A stretch of 64,000 nucleotides of DNA from Octopus vulgaris (taxonomy: Eukaryota). The stretch spans positions 35,526,001 to 35,590,000 of the forward strand of contig OX597814.1 of the NCBI GenBank assembly GCA_951406725.2. Direction: 5' to 3'. The position numbers were made by a program, and so were the translations under genes. Below, one piece after another: positions 38,600-51,266 of this stretch (position 1 is its first letter; each line of letters starts with the position of its first letter). The notes beneath the pieces were generated by a model. That model saw nothing but the letters and a program-made list of their open reading frames with translations, was not told the origin of the DNA and searched no databases.

Positions 38600-40440
38600 A
38601 AGTGAGTACACGGAGGACTGGTGCCAAGCCAAAGACAAAGAAATGTTGGATGGAGTAGTCAGGTAAGCAGAAATTTTGAGAGATAGATAATCTGTTGCCA
38701 AGTTAGATGTCTCTGAGGTGCTCTGCAAACTTATCAGATTGTTGGTAGTCAATTTGTCTGGTGTAGATTGAATTGAAGAAGGAACATTGGAGCACATATA
38801 TGAGGTCGGTATAGATGCATCAGAAAGAGTCCCTAATGTGGAAGGTATAGTGGTTGGGTCAAGTGGGGGTAGTAGTGTTGAAAAGGGAAGGGCAAATATG
38901 GCTGTGGGGATGGGATCAAGGAAAAGATTCAGGAGATCAGGATGTGTGATAGAGCTATGGATGAGGAAGCTGTGTATGCTACAGACATTATCATCATCAT
39001 CATCCAGTGTTTTAAACCCAGTTTTTGTCCCTGTTAATGGAGGTGGCCGGATTTACCTCAATACCATAGCAACCACCCTCACATCATCTCACCATCTTGT
39101 CCAGTTTTGGGCGTCCTCGTTTTTCAAACCAACCCTCCCATTCTCCTCCTCCACCTTTTCCTCAGTCTACCTCGCTCTTGTGCTCCATTTACCTTCATTA
39201 CAAAGAAAGGAATGACTAGAGGAAATGAGAGATGGCAGGGTTAGATTAAAGGTGGTAGAAGAGGCAGAGGATGGTGCAAGGTGGCAGGATGTAGGTAATG
39301 GAAAAAGGTGTTCTAGTGGTTAAGTTTTGGGAGTAAGGTGTAAAGGTTGAAGTGCAATCATTGGTATGGATGCGGTAGAAGTGGTTTGGATAAGGATGGG
39401 TGGGCAACCATCTCAAATAAATTGCTAAGCCATGCATTAAAATTGAGTCCAAAATCATGGTTATAGTTACAAAGGCATGGAGACAGAGGAAGTAGGAGTA
39501 GAGGATGGTGAGCTTATTGTGGATGGAGTTGGAGGAGAGAAAGCCAGGTAGAAGTTGGAGATGGTGAGCTTGAGGAAAACAGAACAGGAAAGGGTGAAGG
39601 TGTAATGGTCGATAGAAATAGTAATGTCAAAGAAATCAAGGGTGGTATCAGAAATGAAGGAACTGAAATGAAAAGTTAAAAAAGGTGACAAAAATGAAAG
39701 ATTTTAGCTCTTTGGTGAAGAGAGATGGGTTACTGATACTGTCATCAACATAATGACCCTATAGCTCAGGGATGGGACCAGTAAATAAGTAAAAATGTTA
39801 GGGTTCAACATAGTCAACAAATAGATTGTATAGTTGGGGTTCCATTCTATTAGGCATCCTAATAACTTCTTTGTAGATCTTGCTTGTGAAAGCTAAATCA
39901 CCTAAATGGAAGAAGGTGAAGGTACTTGGATAAAGTGTATTATGGAGTTTGGAGAAGTGCCAGAATGTACAGAGGTTCTCATCATGAGGGATGATGATAT
40001 ATAAAGAGATGATGTCTGAAGGGGTGGGACAGGGGAAGGAGTTGAAGAGGTGATAGTGTGGTGAGCATTGTGGATGCAAAAAGAGGAAGCAGCAATCAGA
40101 AGTGTAAACAGGCTGTCAAGGTGGTTGGTGATAAATTTGAGTAGTTACAGGCAGAGATGATGGAGTGGTCTGGGTTGTTGGGTTTATGGATCTTGTTTGA
40201 GGAAGTATATTGTAGAGATGTGGGGTATAAAGATGATGAGGTTGGAAGTGGTAGAGAGTAGAAGGGAGGTGACAATGAGTTGGCAAATATAGATGTGCTG
40301 TTGGTGCTGAGGGTAGGGGTCAGAAGACAAAGAATGATAGAAGAGTGTGTTCTGGAGTTGTAGTCCTGTAGAGGTTGGTACATCACACAACCATTGTGCC
40401 ATCCTTGTGTGCTGGTTTAATGGCAATATTGTCATGATGT
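38600..40440 (-). mobile_element. Highly decayed Penelope-like element (RT and GIY-YIG endonuclease)
   Basis: KIHKPNNPDHSIISACNY, NLFVDYVE, HYVDDSI, SDTTLDFFDITISI, and F*CIYTDLIYVLQC...DKFAEHLRDI. Confidence 0.8.
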
Positions 40441-41680
40441 TAAAAAGAAGCCCAGAGAGATGTGGAATAAATCTTTCTCAAAATTTTACCATCTCTAAAC
40501 AGCTGTAGTCATTTGTAAACAGCTGTAGTCATTTGTTTATATATAGTCTTGTTGTAAACAGCTGTAGTCATTTGTTTATATATAGTCTTGTGTTCAACAA
40601 TCTGGTCATAAAAATATTGTGACATTCCTTCCTCAACATTTCATAGTCATATTTCTAATCTGTGTCCATTCATTTTGAAAAGTTTCACTTGTTGACTTAT
40701 TCAACCAGTGTGGTAATAAAACTGATTTTATTAGTGGTCTTATTGTTAAGAAGTTTGCTTTGCAATCATAAATCCCCAAGTTCAGTATTATAGCCTAGTG
40801 CTTTGGATAATGTCTTCTACCATAGCTTTGGGTTAGTTTCAGCCTTTGTGAATTAAATAAGCAAGTTAGAAATTAGATGGACTGTATCTGTATTTCAAAG
40901 GATTAGCCTGTTACACTATATCATGTTGACTCTTCCAAAGTATTAAGTGAAAGGTATAAGTCTCTGTAGAATACTCAGCCTCTTAGAATCTAATTCAGTG
41001 GGGGTAGATACTTCCATCATTTAACTCTTTTAATACTAAGCAGCCCAAAACAACTGCAGATTCTGTGATGCAAAGATTCTGTCTTAAAATAATCTAAATT
41101 AGATCTTCTGTCAAATTTCAAGATAATTTGTGTTCGAAACACCAGCATAATAGAGACAAAGTTATTTTACTTAATTTTTCAATTATCTTTAAAGTTAATT
41201 GAAACAAATGCAATGTATTTCAACAGAAATCTTGGAAGTAAAGGGACTGAAATGTTCATTGTTGAAACCGACCAAGGAAATATTTACTTTAATTCTATAG
41301 TTGTACATTTGGTATATCTGAAGTTTTAATTACCAGCCAGACTACTAGAGAATTTACTGCACCTTTTCTGTACAAAATATTAATAATATATAAAGGTATT
41401 GAGTTCCTGTGAATTCCCTTTCTTCATAGTGACCAATGCTACTTTCAAATGTGCCTGTGTTTTAATACTTTGGTCTTTGTCCCTTAATATATTGTATTTG
41501 TATAGTTTTGCATTGTATTGTCTTGTAATACTTATGTTATTAATGCCCTCATGGCAAATAAAGATGGCAGTCATTTTGTTTTTTTATGATACTGAATTTT
41601 TCTCTCTTTTTTTTTTTTTTAATAATGTCCTTATTGTTTACTTCTTCCTCACAATCACATCTTTTTTTTGTTTTTTACAG

Positions 41681-41739
41681 GAAACTACACTACAATGGAG
41701 TCAGATTCGCTGGCTCCCAACCTCCCCCGCCCTACATGA
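41681..41739 (+). other. Candidate (terminal?) exon
   Basis: Long pyrimidine tract ending TTTTTTACAG, then a GC-richer segment. Possible frames: xNYTTMESDSLAPNLPRPT*, xKLHYNGVRFAGSQPPPPYM..., ETTLQWSQIRWLPTSPALHD*. Confidence 0.45.
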
Positions 41740-42889
41740 TTGATACAATATGTTTTGTTACACCACATTACAATGCTGAAGAGACTCTCAGTAATTTCTA
41801 TGGATTCTTTCTTACATTGTCTTGGCACCTTGTAAAGAATATCATAAATGTCAAAATTAGGAGTAAATTGGCTTCTCTTTTTACAAATCCTGCAGCCAAT
41901 ATTTTTATCATTTCTTTTTCTGATTTTGTGGATAGTGATATGAAAATTATTAGTTATTATCCATAAACTGATAGATGTGCTTCAGCCATCTCATTGTTTG
42001 TCCTCATTGTCAGATTTATAACTCACTGAGAAATATTTTCTCTATCATCATCATCATTATAATTATTATATATTGTTATCTCCTTTTGTTTGTAATTTGT
42101 TTTTATCTTTGTTTTCTTTATTGATTTTTGTAGTTTTATCTTTTTTTCAGCTTCCAGATATTATAGTGAAAAATAAGGTCAACAACCATTGGAAAAATAA
42201 TGTTTTAAATAGTTATTAAAACTTATTTTAAATCACATACTGAGTCATTTAAAATGAAAATTCTCATACTCAGACTTTCTCAAGAATGATTATGGTAATG
42301 AGAACCTGATTATTTTCCAATAACTTATTGCTCTACCATTGTGATCAATACATACACATATAGAATATTTGTTCTTGGTCCCAAGTCAGCCCTGAATGGA
42401 GCGACCTATGTCAGTTATGGCCATTTCCTCTTTTGTGTATCTCACCAAGCATTGTTCTGAGTATCTTTTTTCCAAGATTGTAGGGTGTGATTTGAAGGGC
42501 ATATGGTTGTTATTTTTAGTAACTTATGTGACCATGTAGATAGTTTCTTATTGGTTTGTAATATATTTCTTTCTTTCATGGTTTCATGGTTATTTAAGCA
42601 GAAAAGAAATAGGAATCTGTGGCATCTCTTCCTTCTCCTTATAGTTAATAATTTGAGAAATAAAATGGGCTTTAGTGCTTTTAAAGAATGTATTTCAAAA
42701 TGTTCAACAAAACTGACACAGGTCGCATAACTCTCAAAGTATTATTTCTTTTTGAGATCATCTTTTGTATGGCATATCCAGGTTATGACATCTGGTGGGG
42801 TTCATTCCTTTAGAGATATAGCTATGGAAAGAATTGAAATCAGTGAGCTAAGCAAACATGATGTTTAAATAAACAGAATCATATTCAAC

Positions 42890-43381
42890 ATCATCAGCAT
42901 CATCACTTAACGTCTGTTTCCCAAGCTGGCATGGGTTGGATGGTTTGGTAGGAGCTGGCCAGCTGAAGAACTGACCAGGTTCCATGTCTGTTTTGGCACA
43001 GCTTTTATGGCTAGAAGCCTTTCTTAATGCCAACCACTTTACAAAGTGTACAGCATGGGTGCATTTACATGACACCGATACGGATGGGTTTTGCATGGCA
43101 TCAGCACCCATGAACCCACAAGATTAGGAACGCTCCTCTGGAGAGGGATGCAGGGGACTCTCTCTCATCATCATCATCATCGTCGTTTAACATCTGCTTT
43201 CCATGCTAGCATGGGTTGGACGATTTGACTGAGGTCTGGCAAACCAGATGGCTGCACCAGACTCGAATATGATCTGGCAGAGTTTCTACAGCTGGATGCC
43301 CTTCCTAACACCAACCACTCTGAGAGTGTAGTGGGTGCTTTTATGTGCCACCGGCATGAGGGCCAGTCAGGTGGTACTGGT
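42890..43381 (-). mobile_element. Two adjacent family A RTE-tail copies (old 42890-43135, younger 43166-43381)
   Basis: Each begins with (CAT)n followed by the reverse-complement tail. Confidence 0.8.
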
Positions 43382-44459
43382 GTGAAATTAAATTCCATAA
43401 AAGCCTTTCTAGCAGATGAAGATGACGACCAAACTGACTTGTTTAAGATACAGCTTATTTCTGTTAACCAAGATGTAAATGGTTGGCAATAATTTTTTAA
43501 AATGTAAACAAACATATTCTTACATGCTTCTAATTTACAACATGGCACAAGGTTGACAGCCAAACAATAGTTATTCTAATACTAATACAATTGAATCTGT
43601 ATTAGAATAAATATTGCTGGCTGTACTAATGCAGCTGTATAGTACAGTAGTTATCTTTAATTTTTAACATGTGACACAATGTCACAAATTTAGGAAGGCA
43701 TTGTTAATTATTTCACCATTAATAGTCGAATTGTAATGTATTTCATCAAACTTGAAAATTTGAAATGTAAATTTGACTCTGAGGTCAAATGTTTGTGCAG
43801 AGTGATTTGAACTAAAAATGTAAAGGGACATGACTACATATCACAAGACAGTATAGCTAACACCCCTTCATCATCATCATCATTGTCGTCGACGTCATCA
43901 GTTTCCTTGTCATCATCATCATCGTCATTGTCGACGTTGTCATCATCATCATCATCATTGTTTTAATGTCCATGTTTCTATCATTACATGGGGGCTAATG
44001 GAATTTGGTGAGGTGGATTTTCTAAGGCTGGATATTCCTTTTATTAATAACCCTTATCTGTTTTCAAGCAAAGTAATATTTGCCCCATGGCCAGATGTGT
44101 TTCTGCAGAAGATTGGAGATGAATAGTATTGCTTGTTTGAGTGTGATGCTTATTTATGACAATCATGTCATGTCAAGACAAGGAGGCATAAACACACAAG
44201 CACACACATGCATGCACATGCATGCACACACATACACACACACACGATGAGCTTCTTTCAGTGTCAATCTATGAAATCTAATCACAAGGCTTTGGCTGGT
44301 CACTATAGAAAGCACTTAAAACATTCGCCCAAGTGGGACTGAACTTGCAACTGTCAAACCTGTATAGTTGATAAGCAAGCCCCTAAACCAGTGAGTTAGG
44401 CCATTTAAAATAAAGAATTCAAAGTGTCAAATCTGAGTGTCAATATGTTTGTTATATAA

Positions 44460-44690
44460 GGGTGGCAATCTGGCAGAATTGTTAGCATGCCGGGCGAAAT
44501 GCTGAGCAGTATTTCATCTGCCATTACGTTCTGAGCTCAAATTCCACCGAGGTCAACTTTGTGTTTCATCCTTTCAGGGTCAATAAATTAAGTACCAGTT
44601 ACGCACTGATGTTGATGTAATCGACTTAATCCCTTTGTCTATTCTTGTTTGTTCCCTCTATGCTTAGCCCCCTGTGGGCAATAAAGAAAT
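44460..44690 (+). mobile_element. Family C SINE
   Basis: CTGGCAGAATTGTTAGCATGCCGGGCGAAATG...GCCCCCTGTGGGCAATAAAGAAAT. Confidence 0.85.
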
Positions 44691-45390
44691 AAATATGTTT
44701 GTTAAAAAAATAACGAGTCTAACAAAATACATTGTTTTGCCTAGAGATACATCAGGGACTAAATTAGCAAATAAGAAAAGACTCCTTATATACAGATATC
44801 TAAACAGAAAGATATACCAGTAGGGGCATGCTGGAAAATGGGCAGGGAGATTGGGCATCAGGTGGTTTTTCTTGGTAACTATAATGATGACAATGATAAG
44901 GATCTTGCGATTGATGAAGGTGGCAACATTGGTGAAAATGAGAAAGATAGCAAAAAGGCTGATGTTGGTGGAGTAGACTGTGGTTACAGTAAAGTGAGAG
45001 ATGAAGATGGATTTAGAGACATTGGTGAATGTGATAAGGCTGAAGGTGTCAGTGATGTTGTTCATGGTGGTTGAAATGGGTGTGATAGAGATGATGAAGA
45101 TTCATGAGTGCTAAGGTGGTGGCAGCAGATGTAGATGGTGAGAAGACTGGAGGTATGTATGGTTGCGATAGAGATGAATAATATGTTAAAGATGATTGTG
45201 ATGATGATGGTGACTGCTGTCATAGAAACGAGGATGGATGGTAGTATTAGCAATAATAACGATCTGAAAGTATTAAAAGAAACTAGGTGGAGCACCACTA
45301 GATGTGCACACATACATATATATTTGCATACTTATGGAAACACCATTGGATGCATATGCATACACTCATACTCAAATATATATATATGTG

Positions 45391-45607
45391 TGTTAAATAA
45401 AATGCGACAACAAAACCAAGGCTGTGTGAAATTTATAGGACATTTATAAAGAGAAAATGTAATCTTACAGCCGTTTCTGGGATATTAGGGATATCCTTTC
45501 ATCAGAGATGATATGAAAGAGTTAACTAGAGGGAAATAGGAGAGTTCAATATAAATGTCCTATAAATTCCGCACAGCCTTCGTTTTGTTGTCTCATTTTA
45601 TTTAACA
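45391..45607. mobile_element. Foldback element (58-bp arms) enclosing a hammerhead motif
   Basis: 45391-45448 vs 45550-45607 inverted, 4 mismatches. Confidence 0.8.
45462..45509 (-). ncRNA. Minimal type-I hammerhead ribozyme motif
   Basis: AUCU CUGAUGA AA GGAUAU-CCCUA-AUAUCC CA GAAA CGGCUG UA AGAU. Core and GUA site intact; base of stem II imperfect. Confidence 0.7.
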
Positions 45608-45887
45608 TATACATGCTCACACAAGATCTACATTAGACTCCTCACTCACATTATTATTGAACCAAGAGTCTAGCTACAGTCCGCTTGTAGCACTTTCATA
45701 GCCTTACTTGTCATCTTGGGTCTTCTGGATACCAATATCTCTCTCTCACATACACACACACATATTTAGATATACATAAACATAGAGTAAGTATACTTGT
45801 ATGTCAACATGTATTTTTTGCCGCGTGTGTACCATTGGCGATTTTTTTTCTTCTGTCTTCCCTTCTCTGGATCTTTCCTTCTCCTAT

Positions 45888-45922
45888 GTTTCCAACGAAG
45901 AGCTCCGCTCGAAACGTTAAAC
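45888..45922 (+). ncRNA. Degenerate minimal hammerhead motif
   Basis: GUUU CCAACGA A GAGC-UCC-GCUC GAAA CG UU AAAC; CUGANGA box mutated. Confidence 0.5.
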
Positions 45923-46027
45923 CCTCCTTCTATCCTTCTTTCCTTAGCGTCCAATAATACTATATTTGTTCCACGTCCTCGCGTTGTTGTGTTTTTTTTT
46001 GCTTTCATGTTTGGATTAACTATATTG

Positions 46028-46522
46028 CATGCCTTTCCTCCCTTGGACACAAAGACCTGTTGAGGCAAGCGAAGTCGATATAGAACCTCATCCAACGACA
46101 GGCACCCATGCCAACCCCTTTTGCTTGCGAAGACATGTTGGGGCAAGCGAAATCAAAATCAAAATCGAAATCGAATTGAACCAGCCAGGCACCTGTGCAG
46201 GTGGTACGTAAAAAGCACTATCCGACTCGTGGCCGATGCCAGCGCCGCCTCGACTGGCTTCCGTGCTGGTAGCACGTAAAATACACCAATCCGACCGTGG
46301 CCATTGCCAACCTCGCCTGGCACCTGTGCAGGTGGCACGTAAAAAGCACCCACTACACTCACGGAGTGGTTGGCGTTAGGAAGGGCATCCAGCTGTAGAA
46401 ACATTGCCAGATAAGACTGGAGCCTGGTGCAGCCTTCTGGCTTCCCAGATCCCCGGTCGAACCGTCCAACCCATGCTAGCATGGAGAATGGACGTTAAAC
46501 GATGATGATGATGATGATGATG
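46028..46522 (+). mobile_element. Family A RTE 3'-UTR element
   Basis: CCTTTCCTCCCTTGGACACAAAGACCTGTTGAGGCAAG as at 26610, 3 units, (ATG)n tail. Confidence 0.9.
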
Positions 46523-46533
46523 ATATATATATA

Positions 46534-47113
46534 AAACAAATAAGTAACAAGGACGTCCAGGTATGAGTGCATTACGGCCAATTCAAACACCTCCATTTAA
46601 TTGATCAATCACAACATTGTATCAATTTGAAATAAACCCGCCGTCCTCAGGTGCAGCCAACCATATAGACTTCCGGCATAAAGAATAAAACATTTTTTAG
46701 CACAACTTACATCACCACTAGCAACCAAAATAATTACATTGCTTTTCCTCGCTATTTCTGTGGTAGAATGAATTCAGTAAATAATGCATACCTACAGTCT
46801 ACTATGATTTCGAGTAGCATAGTGAAATAGTGGTGGTCAAGAATGAGGAAAAGAGAGATAGTTAAATCTAGATTCATCATTATTACATTTCAAAGATTAT
46901 CTGCAGCATGTTGTCTTCAACTCTTAAGAAATAAGCCCTTTAGGAATTGACAGTTAAGTTCCTGCTACTGGTGATAAATCAATTAAATTGGCTGCACCCG
47001 AGGAGAGTGGTTTATTTCAAATTGATGTAATGTTTTCATTGATCGATTAAATGGAGCCACTTGAAACGGCCATAATGCACTGCTACCTGGACATCCTTGT
47101 TACTTATTTGCTT
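46534..47113. mobile_element. Foldback element with ~125-bp diverged inverted arms
   Basis: AAATAAGTAACAAGGACGTCCAGGTA...GGTGCAGCCAA vs TTGGCTGCACC...TACCTGGACATCCTTGTTACTTATTTG. Confidence 0.8.
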
Positions 47114-47204
47114 TTTATTCATTTAACTTCGAGCTGCACAGACTTTACCAAACTACTTTGGTGCCTCAATTTAAGTACCTAACTCAACTGAATTGCAACT
47201 ATTT

Positions 47205-47241
<37 letters not shown>

Positions 47242-47242
47242 C

Positions 47243-47436
47243 TAAAATACAAAATGGGACAAGAACGCAAAACATCCGGACAATTAGGTGATATATAAAG
47301 AGGACAACAAAACATCCAGATAGACCGAATGACCCATCCGTGGTTTTTTTTGTGTATCATCTATGTTTTGTTGTCCCTTTTTGTATCACTTAGTTGTCCA
47401 GATGTTTTGTGTTCTTGTCCCATTTTGTATTTTATA
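47243..47436. mobile_element. Foldback/MITE-like element in (TA)n
   Basis: AAAATACAAAATGGGACAAGAAC... vs ...GTTCTTGTCCCATTTTGTATTTT, ~75-bp arms. Confidence 0.8.
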
Positions 47437-47466
47437 CATATATATATAGCGGTGTACATACACTTT

Positions 47467-47542
<76 letters not shown>

Positions 47543-47739
47543 CAAGACAGGAAAAAATATGCCTTCAATGGCTTCAAATGGTTAAGTAAATCAGTGTAGG
47601 CAGCAACCCTTCTCTCCTTTAAAACAACTGCCAAGGTGTCATTTTGTAATAAACTTTGCATTTCGCAAACTCCCCAACAACCTTCTGTAATGCATTTTGA
47701 TCATAGACAGTTGGGCAGCAAATTCATGGATTTAAACTT

Positions 47740-48115
47740 GTAAATGCTTTACCTCCTGTCCATTAAATAACAAGTATATTATGAACAATATTGCTTATTC
47801 AAGTATATTTACTACAAATCAGGTGAGACACATTTACATCCTTGTTATGACTTCAAACATAGAATACATAATCATAATATGACATTTAGGCCAAAAGCCA
47901 AATCTGCTACTACAAAATCTAAAATAATTTGGAAATCAAAGAAGGATTTAGATGACAAAAAGGCTAAATGAGCAATTGTTCAACATGTGGAATCCTTAAG
48001 TGGTTACAATAATACGTGTTCGTTATGCATTGCAGAGATAATCAAGTACAGTAAAGCCAACATTATTAATAAATTTTAAGAACTTATAATGAGATGTAAT
48101 CATAAATTTTGCAAC
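47740..48115 (+). mobile_element. Penelope-like GIY-YIG C-terminal relic
   Basis: CPLNNK, DFKHRIHNH, SKIIWKSK, K*AIV, CSLCIAE, IINKF*ELIMRCNHK. Confidence 0.65.
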
Positions 48116-48385
48116 ACCTTCCTTGGTTACAAATGCAAATTCCCATTTAACAATACTAGCTAATCTCACTTCATTTGTAGTTAATGATAATTTCTTAAGG
48201 AACTACACTTTCCTTAGCTAGATAACTCATTATGAGACATAAGCACAGATTATTCCACAATCTCCTCCACTGCAAACCTTAATTTTTGTTAAACTGTTCC
48301 TGTCACTCCCTATTTACTTGTAGCTATTGAAAATTTTGTAAGGAACTGCACCTTCCCTCTAAATCCATACTTTATCTATTTAAGA

Positions 48386-48779
48386 GTCGCCTTACTGGCA
48401 CTTGAGCCCCGTGCTAGTAGGGTGTTAAGAGCACCATCCAAGCATGATTGTTGTCAGAGCGGCTAACTGGCTTCCGTGCTGGTGGCACATAAAAAGCACC
48501 ATTCGAGCATGATCATTACCAGCATCGCCTTACTGGCACCTGTGCTGGTGGAATGTGTAAAAAAATTCGAGCGAGGTCATTACCAGTACCACTTGACTGG
48601 CCCCCATGCCGGTGGCACGTAAAAGCACCCACTACATTCTCAGAGTCGTTGGCGTTAGGAAGGGCATCCAGCTGTAGAAACTCTGCCAGATCAAGATTAA
48701 AGCCTGGTACAGCCATCTGGTTCACCAGCCCTTGGTCAAATCGTCCAACCCATTCTAGCATGGAAAGTGGACGTTAAAC

Positions 48780-48812
<33 letters not shown>
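48386..48812 (+). mobile_element. Family A RTE-tail element
   Basis: GGTGGCACATAAAAAGCACC units and (ATG)n tail. Confidence 0.85.
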
Positions 48813-49740
48813 CAGCATAATAGTGATGTTCCCTGAAAAACTTTACACCAAATTTTATTAACTAGTATACCAAACCCTGGATTCTACACTTCTTCTCTAT
48901 GAGACCAGTGAATGGCTGAAATGACTCATCCACACAAGGACTTGTCATTCAAGGAGATCAATCAATTCGTCCACTTGATGGTGATTTATGTATGCGTTTG
49001 CAGTTGATGGTCTCCATTTTGTGGTTAGTCTTCAGTGTTGATTTTCACTCCTTCAGCCCTTTTAATCCATCTGTGCACATTGATCTTGCCAAGGATGGCA
49101 TGTTCATAAATAACATAAAGCCTTCTATGAATGATGTACAGCCTGCACTCCTCCTTCAGGAATGCAATAACGGTACATTACTTCTGCCTGGAACCCATTA
49201 TTTGCTTGCGTTGAAGATGAACTGGAAGAGAAATTACATAGAGAAAGAGTTAAATGTATGCATGTATGTATGTATGTATGTATGTATGTATGCATGCATG
49301 TATGTAAGTCATTATTCAGTTTTATTTCAAGATTTCTTGTCAATAGAGAGACTTGGTTTCTAACCTTGATCCCAAACTCCTTCATTGGAATTTCACCAAC
49401 ATCAATGGGGCATTTGTGCATATATGTGTATATGTCTTGTATTTGGAGTCATGTGCAGATTTGCATATACATGTGCAGATTTGTAGGTCTTGTTTTATGT
49501 ATGTATATATTTTTGTTTGTATGTATGTATTTATGTATGTATGTATTTATGTATGTATGTATTTATTTATGTATGTATGTATGTATGTATGTATGCATGT
49601 ATGTATGTATGTATGTATGTATGTATGTATGTATGTATGCATGTATGTATGCATGCATGTATGTATGCATGTATGTATGCATGTATGCATGTATGTATGT
49701 AAGCATGTATGGATGGATGGATGGATGGATGGATGGATGG

Positions 49741-50242
49741 GTCCTTGAATGCTTTGATCAGAGATGTCTCAGACACATTCTGAATGTTGGCTGGACCTTA
49801 AAAACTCCAGACACACAGGTCCTGAGAGAAGCTGATATCTTGAGTATTGAGGTAATGGTGCACAAGCACAGGTTATGTTGGAGTGGACACATTATTAGAA
49901 TGAAAGATAGCAGGATCCCTAAACAGATGCTATATGGGGAACTTGTTAGTGGAAAGAGACCCAACAGAAACCAAGACTTCAATTTACGGACTGTGTCACG
50001 TCCTCATTAAAGACCTGTGATATGCAGGAGACTGACTGGGAGAGCAATATGTTATTGCCACAGATTGAGGAAGCTGGTTAAGGAAGGGGTCATATTCTGC
50101 ATGAAGAATTTAAGTGTGCTGCTTGAAAGCACAATGCTGGTGTAGTGAAAGGGGAAAGCTTGGTTTGCAATGTTTGCAGTCGTGTATGCTTGTCAAGAGC
50201 AGGGCTCATTAGCCACCAATGGAGCTGCAAATGCAAAATATA
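49741..50242 (+). mobile_element. RTE/BovB-like LINE 3' fragment between (TATG)n arrays
   Basis: FDQRCLRHILNVGW...RLCWSGHIIRMKDSRIPKQMLYGELVSGKR, then VCNVCSRVCLSRAGLISHQ. Confidence 0.85.
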
Positions 50243-51266
50243 AGTTAGTCCTAGAACACACAATGTTCCTAAAGGCCAACAATGTTCTTCTTCAGTCACA
50301 AGTAAATGGCCATCATGTATGTATGTATGTATGTATGTATGTATGTATGTATGTATGTATGTATGTATGTATGTATGTATGTATGTATGTATGCATATAT
50401 GTATGTATGCATATATGTATGTATGTATGTACATATGTAGCACATGTATGTATGAATGAATGAATGAAAGAATGGATAATGAATGTATCAGTGGGGGTGT
50501 ATCGAACTGTCCAACGCATGCCAGCATGGTAAATGGGACATCCAATGATAATAATGTTGATAGTGATAATATCCTCATTGTCATCATCATCATCATTCAT
50601 CATCATCATCATCATCGTCATCATCATTATCCTAATTTTCATGATTCATTGAAAAGCGAGAGTGATCTATGCTAACTCTTAAAGAATTCACATATCTATG
50701 AAACAGATTATGGAATTATAGTTGTGTAAGTACTGACAGTAATGCATATTGAAGAAGTTCCTTGATAAAGCCTATAGACATCCAACAGTATCATATATAC
50801 ATCATGGCTGTATTTTGTATATACTCTCCCACACTAAAAATGTATTTGTCCTGAATACATAGATATAATGTATTGTATGAGTTGTCCCAATAACTCTCAA
50901 AGTTGATACTATTTCAGATATCACTGTCAAAATATTCAGCGATTTTATTGAAAGTTGCTTCTAAATATATATCTTATCTACGAGAATGACAATAATGTTA
51001 CTGTCAAGTCTATAGTCTTAAATGTCACTCACATATCATGCGTAACTAATTTCAGCAAGACAGCAAGCAATATGAAGAAAATTGTTAGGAGACTTACTAG
51101 AATTATTAAACAAAGCACACTTTATGCTGATAAAGTAAAACAAATGTAATTCTGGTCTTATTTATTAATTAATCAATATTTTAACCTGTTTAATTTAAGA
51201 AAATGCCAGAAATATAAAGCCATAAACTTGCAGTAAGGAACTGGTTCCCAGAAGGTATCTCACAAA

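Noticed and set aside
44838-45300. D/E/G-rich ORFs
   Set aside because: Decayed (GAT/GGT)n low-complexity sequence with no recognisable domain.
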